Assembly (NCBI GenBank): GCA_964584755.1 | Contig: CAZPAV010000008.1 | Location: 2,570-66,569 of the forward strand | DNA: 64,000 nt | Reading direction: 5' to 3' | From: an uncultured Acidimicrobiaceae bacterium | GTDB lineage: Bacteria > Actinomycetota > Acidimicrobiia > Spongiisociales > UBA5794 | Part shown: positions 56,425-64,000 of the stretch, one piece after another | How positions within the stretch are numbered: the stretch's first letter is position 1 | Layout of the letters: every line of letters begins with the position of its first letter | Notes under the pieces: generated by a model | Database searches by the model: none | Told to the model about the DNA's origin: nothing | What the model saw: the letters and a program-made list of their open reading frames with translations, nothing else | Program-made: the position numbers and the translations under genes

Positions 56425-59400
56425 TCAGGTGCCGGCGCCGGCCTCCGCGAGCGCCGTCCGCTGCGCCACGTAGTCGACGTTCACGACCCCCGCCCGGGAC
56501 TGCAGCATGCGCCAGGAGCGGCGCCGCTCGACGCAGTAGAGGACCATGAGACGTGAGATCGCCAGGGTGCGGACCGTTCCGTCGGGATCCTCGACCTCGA
56601 TGGACACGCCGAAGTCGGGCACGTACGCAGGGTGGTCCGGGTCGAAGACACGCCGGGCGACGACGTCGTCCTGGGTGAGCCGGGCGAGGATCTCCTCGAG
56701 GGGGACGAGCCCGTCGCCGCCGTCGACGCGCCGGAAGTGGCGTCGGAACCGGGCCTCGGTGGCGGCCCAGTGGGCCACCGTGTAGGCGTACGTCGCCCCG
56801 TCGGACTTCCGCTTCACCTGCGCCCAGTCGCGGTCCGGGTTCGGGTTCCCCGCCAGGTCGAGGGTCTCGGTGAAGCTCTCCCCCCGCGAGGGATCGAAGA
56901 CGAACTGTGGCATCGCCCGGGAGTCGCGGGCCCGGCTCGCCTGCACGGTGGCGAGGGCGTCGGCGACGCCGTGCTCGGGCTGGCAGGTGGTGAAGCACTG
57001 GAAGAAGGCGGTTCCCCGGTAGTCGAGGCCGCGGAGGATCGCCTTGTAGAGCTGGGCGACGTTCGCCATCGACACCTGGGCGACGAACGGCGAGCCGTGA
57101 CCACCGAGGAACGCCTCGGCGACGCCCTTCTGCTCGGTGAGCTTCCCCTCGGTGGCGGCCCCGAACTGGTTCATGTCGCCCCCACCGGGCATCGGGCTCG
57201 AGTCGGAGTTCTGCCCGCCGGTGTTCGAGTACACCTGGGTGTCGAGCATGAGGAGGCTCACGTTGGGCCGGTTCTGCAGGACGACCTTCGAGACGTTCTG
57301 GAATCCGATGTCCCCCATGCCCCCGTCCCCGCCGACCGCCCACACCTTGGGGAGCTCCCGCACCTCGCGGTCGGTCATGAGCGTGTCGGTGAGATGCGCG
57401 AGGTCGAAGTACTCCTGCTCGCCGAGGACGTCGCCGTCCCGGGTGAGGAGACGGTCGCAGAGCCGCTCGGGGATGACCGAGCGTCGGGCGTGGTCCTTGA
57501 TGAAGCTCTCCCCGAGGATCCAGGCGACGGTGGCCCCGTCCTGGAAGAGGGAGTTCATCCACGGGTACGGATGCGGGTTGTTCGGCGGCGTCGACCCGTA
57601 CACGGTGTTGCACCCGGTGTGGGCCCCCATGGCCATGACCGCCATGCCGTTGGCGAGGCGCCCGTCGACGGCCTGGAGGTCCCGATGGTCGAACGCGTCC
57701 TGGCGCATCGTGGCCACGAGCGCGGCGACGATCTCCTCGTCGCCGATCTCGCCGTGGTCGGCGATCCTCGCCGCGGTGTCCTCGGCGGACTCGCCGCCCA
57801 GGCCCATGACGAGGTGGGCCACCGCGGTGCGGAACCGGGCGTAGCCGTCGGGATCGGTCGTGGCGAGCCGCCGCAGCCGCTCCGGCCCCTCGGCGGCGAG
57901 TCGGTCCGCCTTGGCCTCGAGACGATCGGCTCGGGCGTGGTACAGGGGCCGCATGTACGCCTCGGTGACCGAGGCGAGCGTGTGGAGGATGCTCTTCTCC
58001 CCACAGCCGGCGCAGGCGCCGTCGCCGGCGACGAGCGCCTCGTAGTTGCTGCGCACCATGAGGTGGTTCTTGAGCTGGGCGGCGTGGGAGGCGAGGGGAT
58101 CGTCGGGGTCGAACCTCCCCAGGTAGGCGCGGGGCGTGTCGGGGAGGAGGCGGAGGAAGTTGATCCCGCTCATGTGGTCGGCGTTCAGCTCCTCGGTCTC
58201 CTGGGCCATGACGAGAGCGTTGTGGTCACCGCACTCGACCACGCACTCCCCGCACCCCTTGCACAGGTCGGAGACCATGATGGCGAACAGCCCTCCCGAA
58301 CCCGGCTCCTTCCGTTCCTTCGTCCGGAAGATCGCCGCCGTCTTCTCGTACGCGAAGGGGACCCGTTCGAAGAGCGCGAGGAACTGCTTCTTCGCGACGT
58401 CTCCGATGTCGTCACGGTCGGCGAGCTCGTCGGCGACGAGCGCGGCGAAGGGGCGTGTCTGCTTCGTGTTCGTCAGCTCGAGCATCGTCGCCCGCAGGTG
58501 CTCCTCCATCCCGGGGATGGCGGCGAGCAGCGTGCGACGCTCCGCCCGATCGGAGACGTAGGCGAGGGCCGCGGTCTCGAGGACGGTGCGGATGTCCTGG
58601 GCGGTGTTCGGCAAGGCCGTGTCGGGGCAGGCGACGATGCAGTCCATGCACTGGGTGCAGTTCTCGGCGATCCACACCGGCACCTCACGCCGGGCCACGT
58701 ACTTGCTCGAGGTGGCGCCCGTGGCGGCGGCCATCATCCCGACCGCTGCCAGCGGCGTGGCGGGCTGGTCGTAGCCGTACCCGCCCTTGAACTCGGCCTC
58801 GAAGGTGTCGATCCGGGCGAGGGGGATGCGGATCGGCTGCTCGACGGGAGGCGCCGGGACCTCGGGGACCGTGCACCCCTCGCAGGGGGCGAGTGCGCTG
58901 CCGCGCATCGCCGACCGGTCGGGGGCGTCGATGTCGCCGTACGGTACGGGTTGGATCTGCTCGTACCCCTGGGTCATCACCCGCATGTTCGACTCGACGA
59001 CCGCGGGCCCGAAGCGACCGAACTTCTTCTCGTACTGGGCGCGGACGATCTCCCGGAACCGCTCGTCGGTGACGCCGTACTCCTCGAGGAACCCGGAGAC
59101 GGCGAAGAACGCCCCGAGGAACGCGTTTCCCTGCATCCGGAGCTGGAGGTCCTCCCGATCGGTCGCCTCGCGGGCGATCCGGAATCCGGGCAGGGTGAAG
59201 ATGCGAATCTCCTTGTCGACGATCTCCTCGCGGAGGTGCCGGGGGATGCGTTCCCACACCCGCTCGGGGGACTCCTCCGACTCCCACACGAACGTCCCTC
59301 CGGGGTTGAGACCGGCGAGGGGGTCGGTGTGGGTGAACGCCTTCGGGTCGCAGCAGAGCACCACGTCGACGTGGTGGAGGTCGCAGTTCACCCGCACCCG

Positions 59401-61011
59401 CTCCGGCGCCACGACGAGGAAGTACGACGTGGGGGCGCCCTTCTTCTCCGACCCGTACTTCGGGTTGGCACTGACGTGGATGAGCTCCTGGAGGCGCCCG
59501 AACTCGTCGCGGGCGTCGCGGGCGCGGGCGACGTCGTCGCCGATGGCCCCGATCACCTCGGAGAGGTTCTTGCCGGTGGTGATCATCCCCCACCCTCCGA
59601 TGGAGTGGAAGCGCACCGCGATCGCCCCTTCGGGGAGGAGCGACGGCGTCCGCTCCGAGACGACCGCGTAGGGATGATCGATCCCGAGGACGAAGTACGT
59701 CTCCCCGTCGGCGACGCCGCGCCCGTCTTTGCGCCGCGTGCGTCCCGTCGCGTACTCGTACGCCCCGAGGATGCCCTCGGGGCGGAAGTCCCGGGAGCCG
59801 AGCCCGTAGGAGCCGCTGAGGATCAGGGGGACGTCCTCGGGGGCGAGCGCGGGTACCTCGGCGGCGAAGCCGGCCCGGCCCGCCTCGACGGCCTTCCCCA
59901 GGGCGGCGCGGATCTCCCGCGTCAGCGGGTTGTCCCCCGAGAGCGGCTCGTCGGTGCGCTCGAGGACGATGACCCGCCGCTTCCCGGCGAGGGCGCGCAC
60001 GATGGCGGCTTCGGGGAAGGGTCGGAGCACGTTGACGTGCACCGAGCCCACCTTGGCGTCCTCGTGCTCACGAAGGTGGTCGACGGCCGCCTCGATGTTC
60101 TCGGCGGCCGAGCCGAGGGACACGAAGACGACCTCCGCGTCGGTCGTGGCGTACTCGGACACGAGCCCGTACCGGCGTCCGGTGAGTCGGGCGAACTCCT
60201 CGTACGCCTCCTCGAGGAATCCGAGGATCGGCTCGGCGAAGTTGTCCCGCCGGGCGATGACCCCGTTCATGTAGTGCTCCTGGTTCTGCACCGGACCCAG
60301 GAGCATCGGGTTGGCGAGGTCGACCATGCGGGGGACGCGTCGCCGGGTCGGCCCGAAGAGCCGGCGCTGGGCCTCGGTGGGGCACGCGATCACGTCGTCG
60401 GGGGCACCGAGGAACTCCCGGATGAGGTCGGCCTCGTGCTTGTAGAAGGTCCGTTCGAGGTGGGAGGTGAGGAACCCGTCCTGGATGTTGATCCCGGGGG
60501 TGAGGGCGAGCTCGGTGACCCGCCGGAGGATGAGCGCCTGGTCCGCCGCCTGCTGCGAGTCCTTCGCGAACAGCATGATCCACCCCGTGTCGAGGGCGGC
60601 GTAGATGTCGTCGTGTCCGCAGTGCACGTTGAGGGCGTGGCGGGTGAGCGCCCGGGCCGCCACCTCGAGGACCATCGTCGAGAGCTTCCCCGGCGCGTGG
60701 TAGTACTGCTCGAGGCCGTAGACGAGCCCCTGGCCCGAGGTGAAGTTGACGACGCGGTTCCCCGCCACGGAGCAGGCGATGGCGCCCCCCTGGGCGGCGT
60801 GCTCGCCTTCGGCCTCGATGGCGATCTTCGGGTTCCCGAAGACGTCGAGGACGCCCTCGGCGTAGGCGAGCTGATAGTTCTCGCCCATCTCGGTGGAGGG
60901 GGTGATCGGGTAGAACACCCCTCCTTGGGTGATCCTCGCCTCGGTGTGGTAGGAGACGAGTTGGTTGCCGTTCGTCGTGATCCGGATTCCCGGAAAGCGG
61001 GGGCGATCCAT
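56425..61011 (-). CDS. pyruvate:ferredoxin (flavodoxin) oxidoreductase-family enzyme, single chain, unusually long at 1528 aa
   Basis: Domain I (YPITPSTEMGENY), a gamma domain (FHSIGGWGMITTGKN), two 4Fe-4S boxes (CTQCMDCIVACPD and CKGCGECVVECGD), the GCGEKS motif, and a TPP-binding GGDGGMGDIGF...DTQVYSNTGGQNS. Confidence 0.8.
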   Translation of the reverse strand: MDRPRFPGIRITTNGNQLVSYHTEARITQGGVFYPITPSTEMGENYQLAYAEGVLDVFGNPKIAIEAEGEHAAQGGAIACSVAGNRVVNFTSGQGLVYGLEQYYHAPGKLSTMVLEVAARALTRHALNVHCGHDDIYAALDTGWIMLFAKDSQQAADQALILRRVTELALTPGINIQDGFLTSHLERTFYKHEADLIREFLGAPDDVIACPTEAQRRLFGPTRRRVPRMVDLANPMLLGPVQNQEHYMNGVIARRDNFAEPILGFLEEAYEEFARLTGRRYGLVSEYATTDAEVVFVSLGSAAENIEAAVDHLREHEDAKVGSVHVNVLRPFPEAAIVRALAGKRRVIVLERTDEPLSGDNPLTREIRAALGKAVEAGRAGFAAEVPALAPEDVPLILSGSYGLGSRDFRPEGILGAYEYATGRTRRKDGRGVADGETYFVLGIDHPYAVVSERTPSLLPEGAIAVRFHSIGGWGMITTGKNLSEVIGAIGDDVARARDARDEFGRLQELIHVSANPKYGSEKKGAPTSYFLVVAPERVRVNCDLHHVDVVLCCDPKAFTHTDPLAGLNPGGTFVWESEESPERVWERIPRHLREEIVDKEIRIFTLPGFRIAREATDREDLQLRMQGNAFLGAFFAVSGFLEEYGVTDERFREIVRAQYEKKFGRFGPAVVESNMRVMTQGYEQIQPVPYGDIDAPDRSAMRGSALAPCEGCTVPEVPAPPVEQPIRIPLARIDTFEAEFKGGYGYDQPATPLAAVGMMAAATGATSSKYVARREVPVWIAENCTQCMDCIVACPDTALPNTAQDIRTVLETAALAYVSDRAERRTLLAAIPGMEEHLRATMLELTNTKQTRPFAALVADELADRDDIGDVAKKQFLALFERVPFAYEKTAAIFRTKERKEPGSGGLFAIMVSDLCKGCGECVVECGDHNALVMAQETEELNADHMSGINFLRLLPDTPRAYLGRFDPDDPLASHAAQLKNHLMVRSNYEALVAGDGACAGCGEKSILHTLASVTEAYMRPLYHARADRLEAKADRLAAEGPERLRRLATTDPDGYARFRTAVAHLVMGLGGESAEDTAARIADHGEIGDEEIVAALVATMRQDAFDHRDLQAVDGRLANGMAVMAMGAHTGCNTVYGSTPPNNPHPYPWMNSLFQDGATVAWILGESFIKDHARRSVIPERLCDRLLTRDGDVLGEQEYFDLAHLTDTLMTDREVRELPKVWAVGGDGGMGDIGFQNVSKVVLQNRPNVSLLMLDTQVYSNTGGQNSDSSPMPGGGDMNQFGAATEGKLTEQKGVAEAFLGGHGSPFVAQVSMANVAQLYKAILRGLDYRGTAFFQCFTTCQPEHGVADALATVQASRARDSRAMPQFVFDPSRGESFTETLDLAGNPNPDRDWAQVKRKSDGATYAYTVAHWAATEARFRRHFRRVDGGDGLVPLEEILARLTQDDVVARRVFDPDHPAYVPDFGVSIEVEDPDGTVRTLAISRLMVLYCVERRRSWRMLQSRAGVVNVDYVAQRTALAEAGAGT

Positions 61012-61169
61012 GGAGTCTGCACTCTCCGTCTGCGGCCGGTGGGGATGCGATCAGGCTACTCCTCCTCGGATTCCCAACCGACGAATCCCGGGGCGGGCAG
61101 CGGCGAAGGAGGCCCCGGTCGCGGCCGGTAGGGTGGGCCCGGCACCGACTCGTGGACCGGAGGGTCACG

Positions 61170-64000
61170 ATGACGACACTGCAGACCCGTTTCGACCCGC
61201 GCTCGCGCTACGCCCCCGACCGGGACCGCGTGCTCCTCACCGGGATCCAGGCGCTGGTGCGCCTCCCCCTCGACCAGCACCGCCTCGACCGCGCCCGGGG
61301 CCTGCGCACGGCGACGTTCATCAGTGGGTACGAGGGCTCCCCGCTCGGCGGGTACGACCTGCAGCTCCTGCGAGAGGCCGAGCTCCTCGCCGCCCACGAC
61401 GTCCGCTTCGTGCCCGGCGTCAACGAGGAGCTCGCCGCGACCGCCGTGTGGGGTACCCAGACCGTTCCCCGCCGACGCGACGACCTCGACGGCATCGTCG
61501 GCATCTGGTACGGCAAGGCTCCCGGGGTGGATCGCGCCGGCGACGCGATGCGCCACGGCAACTACGCCGGTACCCATCCCCACGGCGGGGTCCTCGTCCT
61601 CGCCGGGGACGACCCGGGGTGCAAGTCCTCGACGCTCCCCTCCGCCTCGGAGGGGACCCTCGCCGATCGGGGCATCCCGGTCCTCGCGCCCGCCGACGTC
61701 CAGGACGTCCTCGACTTCGGCCTCTACGGCATCGCCCTCTCCCGCTACACCGGTCTGTGGGTGGGGTTGAAGATCGCCACCGACATCGCCGACGGCTTCG
61801 AGGACGTCGTCACGCCCCAGGCTCCGCCCACCCGGGTCCTCCCCGAGGAGGTCGACGGACGACCCTGGGTCCCCACGCCTCCGCCGCTCCTCATGAACCC
61901 GGCGCAGGCCGTGGCGCACGAGGCGGCCGTCTTCGGGGCGCGCCACCGCGCCACCCTGGCGTTCCTCCGGGCGAACCCCGTCGATCGGCTCGTCGTGGAT
62001 CCCCCCCGGGCCCGTCTCGGGATCGTCGCCGCCGGGAAGACGTACCACGACGTCCGGACCGCCCTCCGCCTCCTCGGGTTCGACGACGACGCGCTCACCG
62101 CCGCCGGCGTCCGGCTCCTCCGACTCGGCGCCGTCTGGCCCGTGGAGCCGGGGATGCTGCGGCGGTTCGCCACCGGACTCGAGGAGATCCTCGTCGTCGA
62201 GGAGAAGCGTCCCTTCCTCGAGCGCCAGGTCCGGGAGCTGTGCTACCCCCTGGAGGAACGTCCGGCGATCACCGGGGCCACCGACCTCGAGGGTCGCCCG
62301 CTCGTTCCCGTCGACGGCGAGTTGACCCCCGATCGCGTCGCCGCTCCGATCGCGGCCCGGATCGCCGCCCGCGTCCCTGCGGCGCGACCCCGCGAGCGCG
62401 CCCTCCTCGCCTCCCCCGCGGCGCCGCCGGCCGACCTCCCGGTGCGGCGGGTCCCCTTCTTCTGCTCCGGGTGTCCCCACAACCGGTCCACGATCGCCCC
62501 CGACGGTGCCCTCGTGGGCGCCGGTATCGGTTGCCACGCCATGGTCGTCTTCACCGACGACCCGCGCCGTCAGGCCGTGTCCATCACCCAGATGGGGGCG
62601 GAGGGGGCCCAGTGGATCGGTCAGGCCCCCTTCTCCGCGGAGGACCACTTCTTCCAGAACCTCGGCGACGGGACCTACTTCCACTCGGGCTCCCTGGCCA
62701 TTCGGGCCTGTGTCGCCGCCGGGGTGAACATCACCTTCAAGCTCCTCGTGAACTCGGCGGTGGCGATGACCGGCGGCCAGGACCCTTCCGGGGCCCGGCC
62801 GGTCCCCGACGTCGTCCGCTCCCTCCTCGCCGAGGGCGTCCGGAGGGTGATCGTGTGCGCCGACGATCCCGACAAGTACCCGGCGGACACGTCCTGGCCG
62901 GAGGGCGTGACGGTGTGGGGGCGGGAGCGGGTCGCCGAGGCCCAGGCGCTCCTCGGCGAGACGCCGGGCGTCACCGTGCTCGTGTACGACCAGCAGTGCG
63001 CCGCCGAGGCGCGGCGGGAACGACGCCGCGGGATCCAGCCGCGGCCCCGCACCCGGGTGGTCATCGACGAGCTCGTCTGCGAGGGCTGCGGACACTGTGG
63101 CCTGGTGAGCAACTGCCTCTCGGTCCGTCCGGTCGAGACGGAGCTCGGGCGGAAGACCCGCATCGACCAGTCGTCGTGCAACGTGGACCTCACCTGCCTG
63201 GAGGGAGACTGTCCGGCGTTCGTCACCGTCGAGGTGGATCCGGAGGCGACCTCCGCTCGCCCGATCCCTCCCCCACCGCTCGACGGCGTGCCCGAGCCGC
63301 GGCGTCCCGTCCTCGACGGTGGCTACGCGGTGCAGCTCCTCGGCATCGGCGGCACGGGCGTCCTCACGGTGGACGCCATCCTCGGCACGGCGGCGTTCCT
63401 CGACGGCCTCGGCGTGAAGGGACTGGATCAGACGGGTCTCAGTCAGAAGGCCGGACCGGTCGTCTCCCACCTCCAGTTCTTCCCTGCCGGGGCGCCGAAG
63501 GCGGCACCCCGGATCCCGGGCGGTGGATGCGACCTCTACCTCGCCTTCGACCCGCTCGTCGCCGTCGACGCCCGCTTCCTCGCCTCGGCCTCCCCGGAGC
63601 GAACCGCCGCGGTCGTCTCCACGAGCGAGGTGCCCACGGGGGCGATGATCACGCATCCCGACCTTCGCCTCCCCGGGGTGGATCTCGTCCGGGACCGCAT
63701 CGAGGCCGTCACACGTCCGGGGAGCACCCGGTACGTCGATGCGGTCCGTCTCACCGAGACGCTCTTCGGCAGCGCCGCCGCGGCGAACGTCCTCCTCGCC
63801 GGAGTCGCCTATCAGGAGGGCCTGCTCCCCGTCTCGGCGGAGGCGATCGAGACGGCGATCCGCGCCAACGGCGTCGCCGTGCCCATGAACCTCGCCGCCT
63901 TCGGATGGGGTCGGGTCGCCGCCGCCCGTCCCGACGAGGTCTGGTCCCTGGCGTCGCCGCCGGCCCCGGCGATCCCGGTCGCGGAGCGTCCCGCCCTCCC
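61170..64000 (+). CDS. indolepyruvate/2-oxoacid:ferredoxin oxidoreductase-family protein (fused alpha-beta), 5' partial that continues past the window end
   Basis: Manual translation from the ATG at 61170, which has GGAGGG upstream. The product reads MTTLQTRFDPRSRYAPDRDRVLLTGIQALVRL...GIWYGKAPGVDRAGDAMRHGN...FFCSGCPHN...CEGCGHCGLVSNC... The frame is open to position 64000. It is missing from the ORF track because it has no stop in the window. Confidence 0.75.
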   Translation, partial: MTTLQTRFDPRSRYAPDRDRVLLTGIQALVRLPLDQHRLDRARGLRTATFISGYEGSPLGGYDLQLLREAELLAAHDVRFVPGVNEELAATAVWGTQTVPRRRDDLDGIVGIWYGKAPGVDRAGDAMRHGNYAGTHPHGGVLVLAGDDPGCKSSTLPSASEGTLADRGIPVLAPADVQDVLDFGLYGIALSRYTGLWVGLKIATDIADGFEDVVTPQAPPTRVLPEEVDGRPWVPTPPPLLMNPAQAVAHEAAVFGARHRATLAFLRANPVDRLVVDPPRARLGIVAAGKTYHDVRTALRLLGFDDDALTAAGVRLLRLGAVWPVEPGMLRRFATGLEEILVVEEKRPFLERQVRELCYPLEERPAITGATDLEGRPLVPVDGELTPDRVAAPIAARIAARVPAARPRERALLASPAAPPADLPVRRVPFFCSGCPHNRSTIAPDGALVGAGIGCHAMVVFTDDPRRQAVSITQMGAEGAQWIGQAPFSAEDHFFQNLGDGTYFHSGSLAIRACVAAGVNITFKLLVNSAVAMTGGQDPSGARPVPDVVRSLLAEGVRRVIVCADDPDKYPADTSWPEGVTVWGRERVAEAQALLGETPGVTVLVYDQQCAAEARRERRRGIQPRPRTRVVIDELVCEGCGHCGLVSNCLSVRPVETELGRKTRIDQSSCNVDLTCLEGDCPAFVTVEVDPEATSARPIPPPPLDGVPEPRRPVLDGGYAVQLLGIGGTGVLTVDAILGTAAFLDGLGVKGLDQTGLSQKAGPVVSHLQFFPAGAPKAAPRIPGGGCDLYLAFDPLVAVDARFLASASPERTAAVVSTSEVPTGAMITHPDLRLPGVDLVRDRIEAVTRPGSTRYVDAVRLTETLFGSAAAANVLLAGVAYQEGLLPVSAEAIETAIRANGVAVPMNLAAFGWGRVAAARPDEVWSLASPPAPAIPVAERPAL

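Noticed and set aside
61056-63656. 866-aa minus-strand ORF
   Set aside because: It is antisense to the IOR-family oxidoreductase gene, whose translation carries CxxCxxC ferredoxin and TPP motifs. The minus-strand product is low-complexity.
1-64000. Mobile elements, CRISPR arrays, prophage or defence islands
   Set aside because: I saw no transposase, integrase, recombinase, Cas, restriction-modification or toxin-antitoxin signatures in any frame. There are no arrays of regularly spaced direct repeats. The only tandem repeat is the short hexamer run at 6236-6259.

Overview
This is a very GC-rich, gene-dense chromosomal segment of about 53 protein-coding genes. Nearly every third codon position is G or C, and long antisense 'shadow' ORFs appear in all frames. 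I found no rRNA, tRNA, CRISPR array, transposase or integrase. The gene content points to an actinobacterium (Actinomycetota), which is an inference, not a certainty. The pointers are: a Rieske protein inside the suf operon, F420-type luciferase-like (LLM) oxidoreductases, an LCP cell-wall protein, the mismatch endonuclease NucS, menaquinone biosynthesis, and lipobox lipoproteins.

The recognisable content is:
- an lpd-E1(alpha/beta fusion)-E2 2-oxoacid dehydrogenase operon
- a DsbB plus thioredoxin-like oxidative-folding pair
- a Suf Fe-S assembly machinery that is broken into three pieces and carries two sufC copies
- pncA/pncB NAD salvage and fumC
- a 7 kb block holding nucS, a family-5 uracil-DNA glycosylase, a group-2-like sigma factor and surface lipoproteins
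- gltB without gltD
- a heterodimeric ABC exporter translationally coupled to a class-V PLP enzyme
- a menE/menB-menA-menD cluster
- two divergent 2-oxoacid:ferredoxin oxidoreductases: an unusually long 1528-aa PFOR-type enzyme, and a fused IOR-family enzyme that runs off the window end.

Two genes are absent from the ORF track because they cross the window edges: the E2 gene at the 5' end and the IOR-family gene at the 3' end. I recovered both by manual translation. Several start codons were moved from the ORF-track maximum to GTG or ATG starts that have a ribosome-binding site upstream. Everything here is read from the sequence only; no database search was run.
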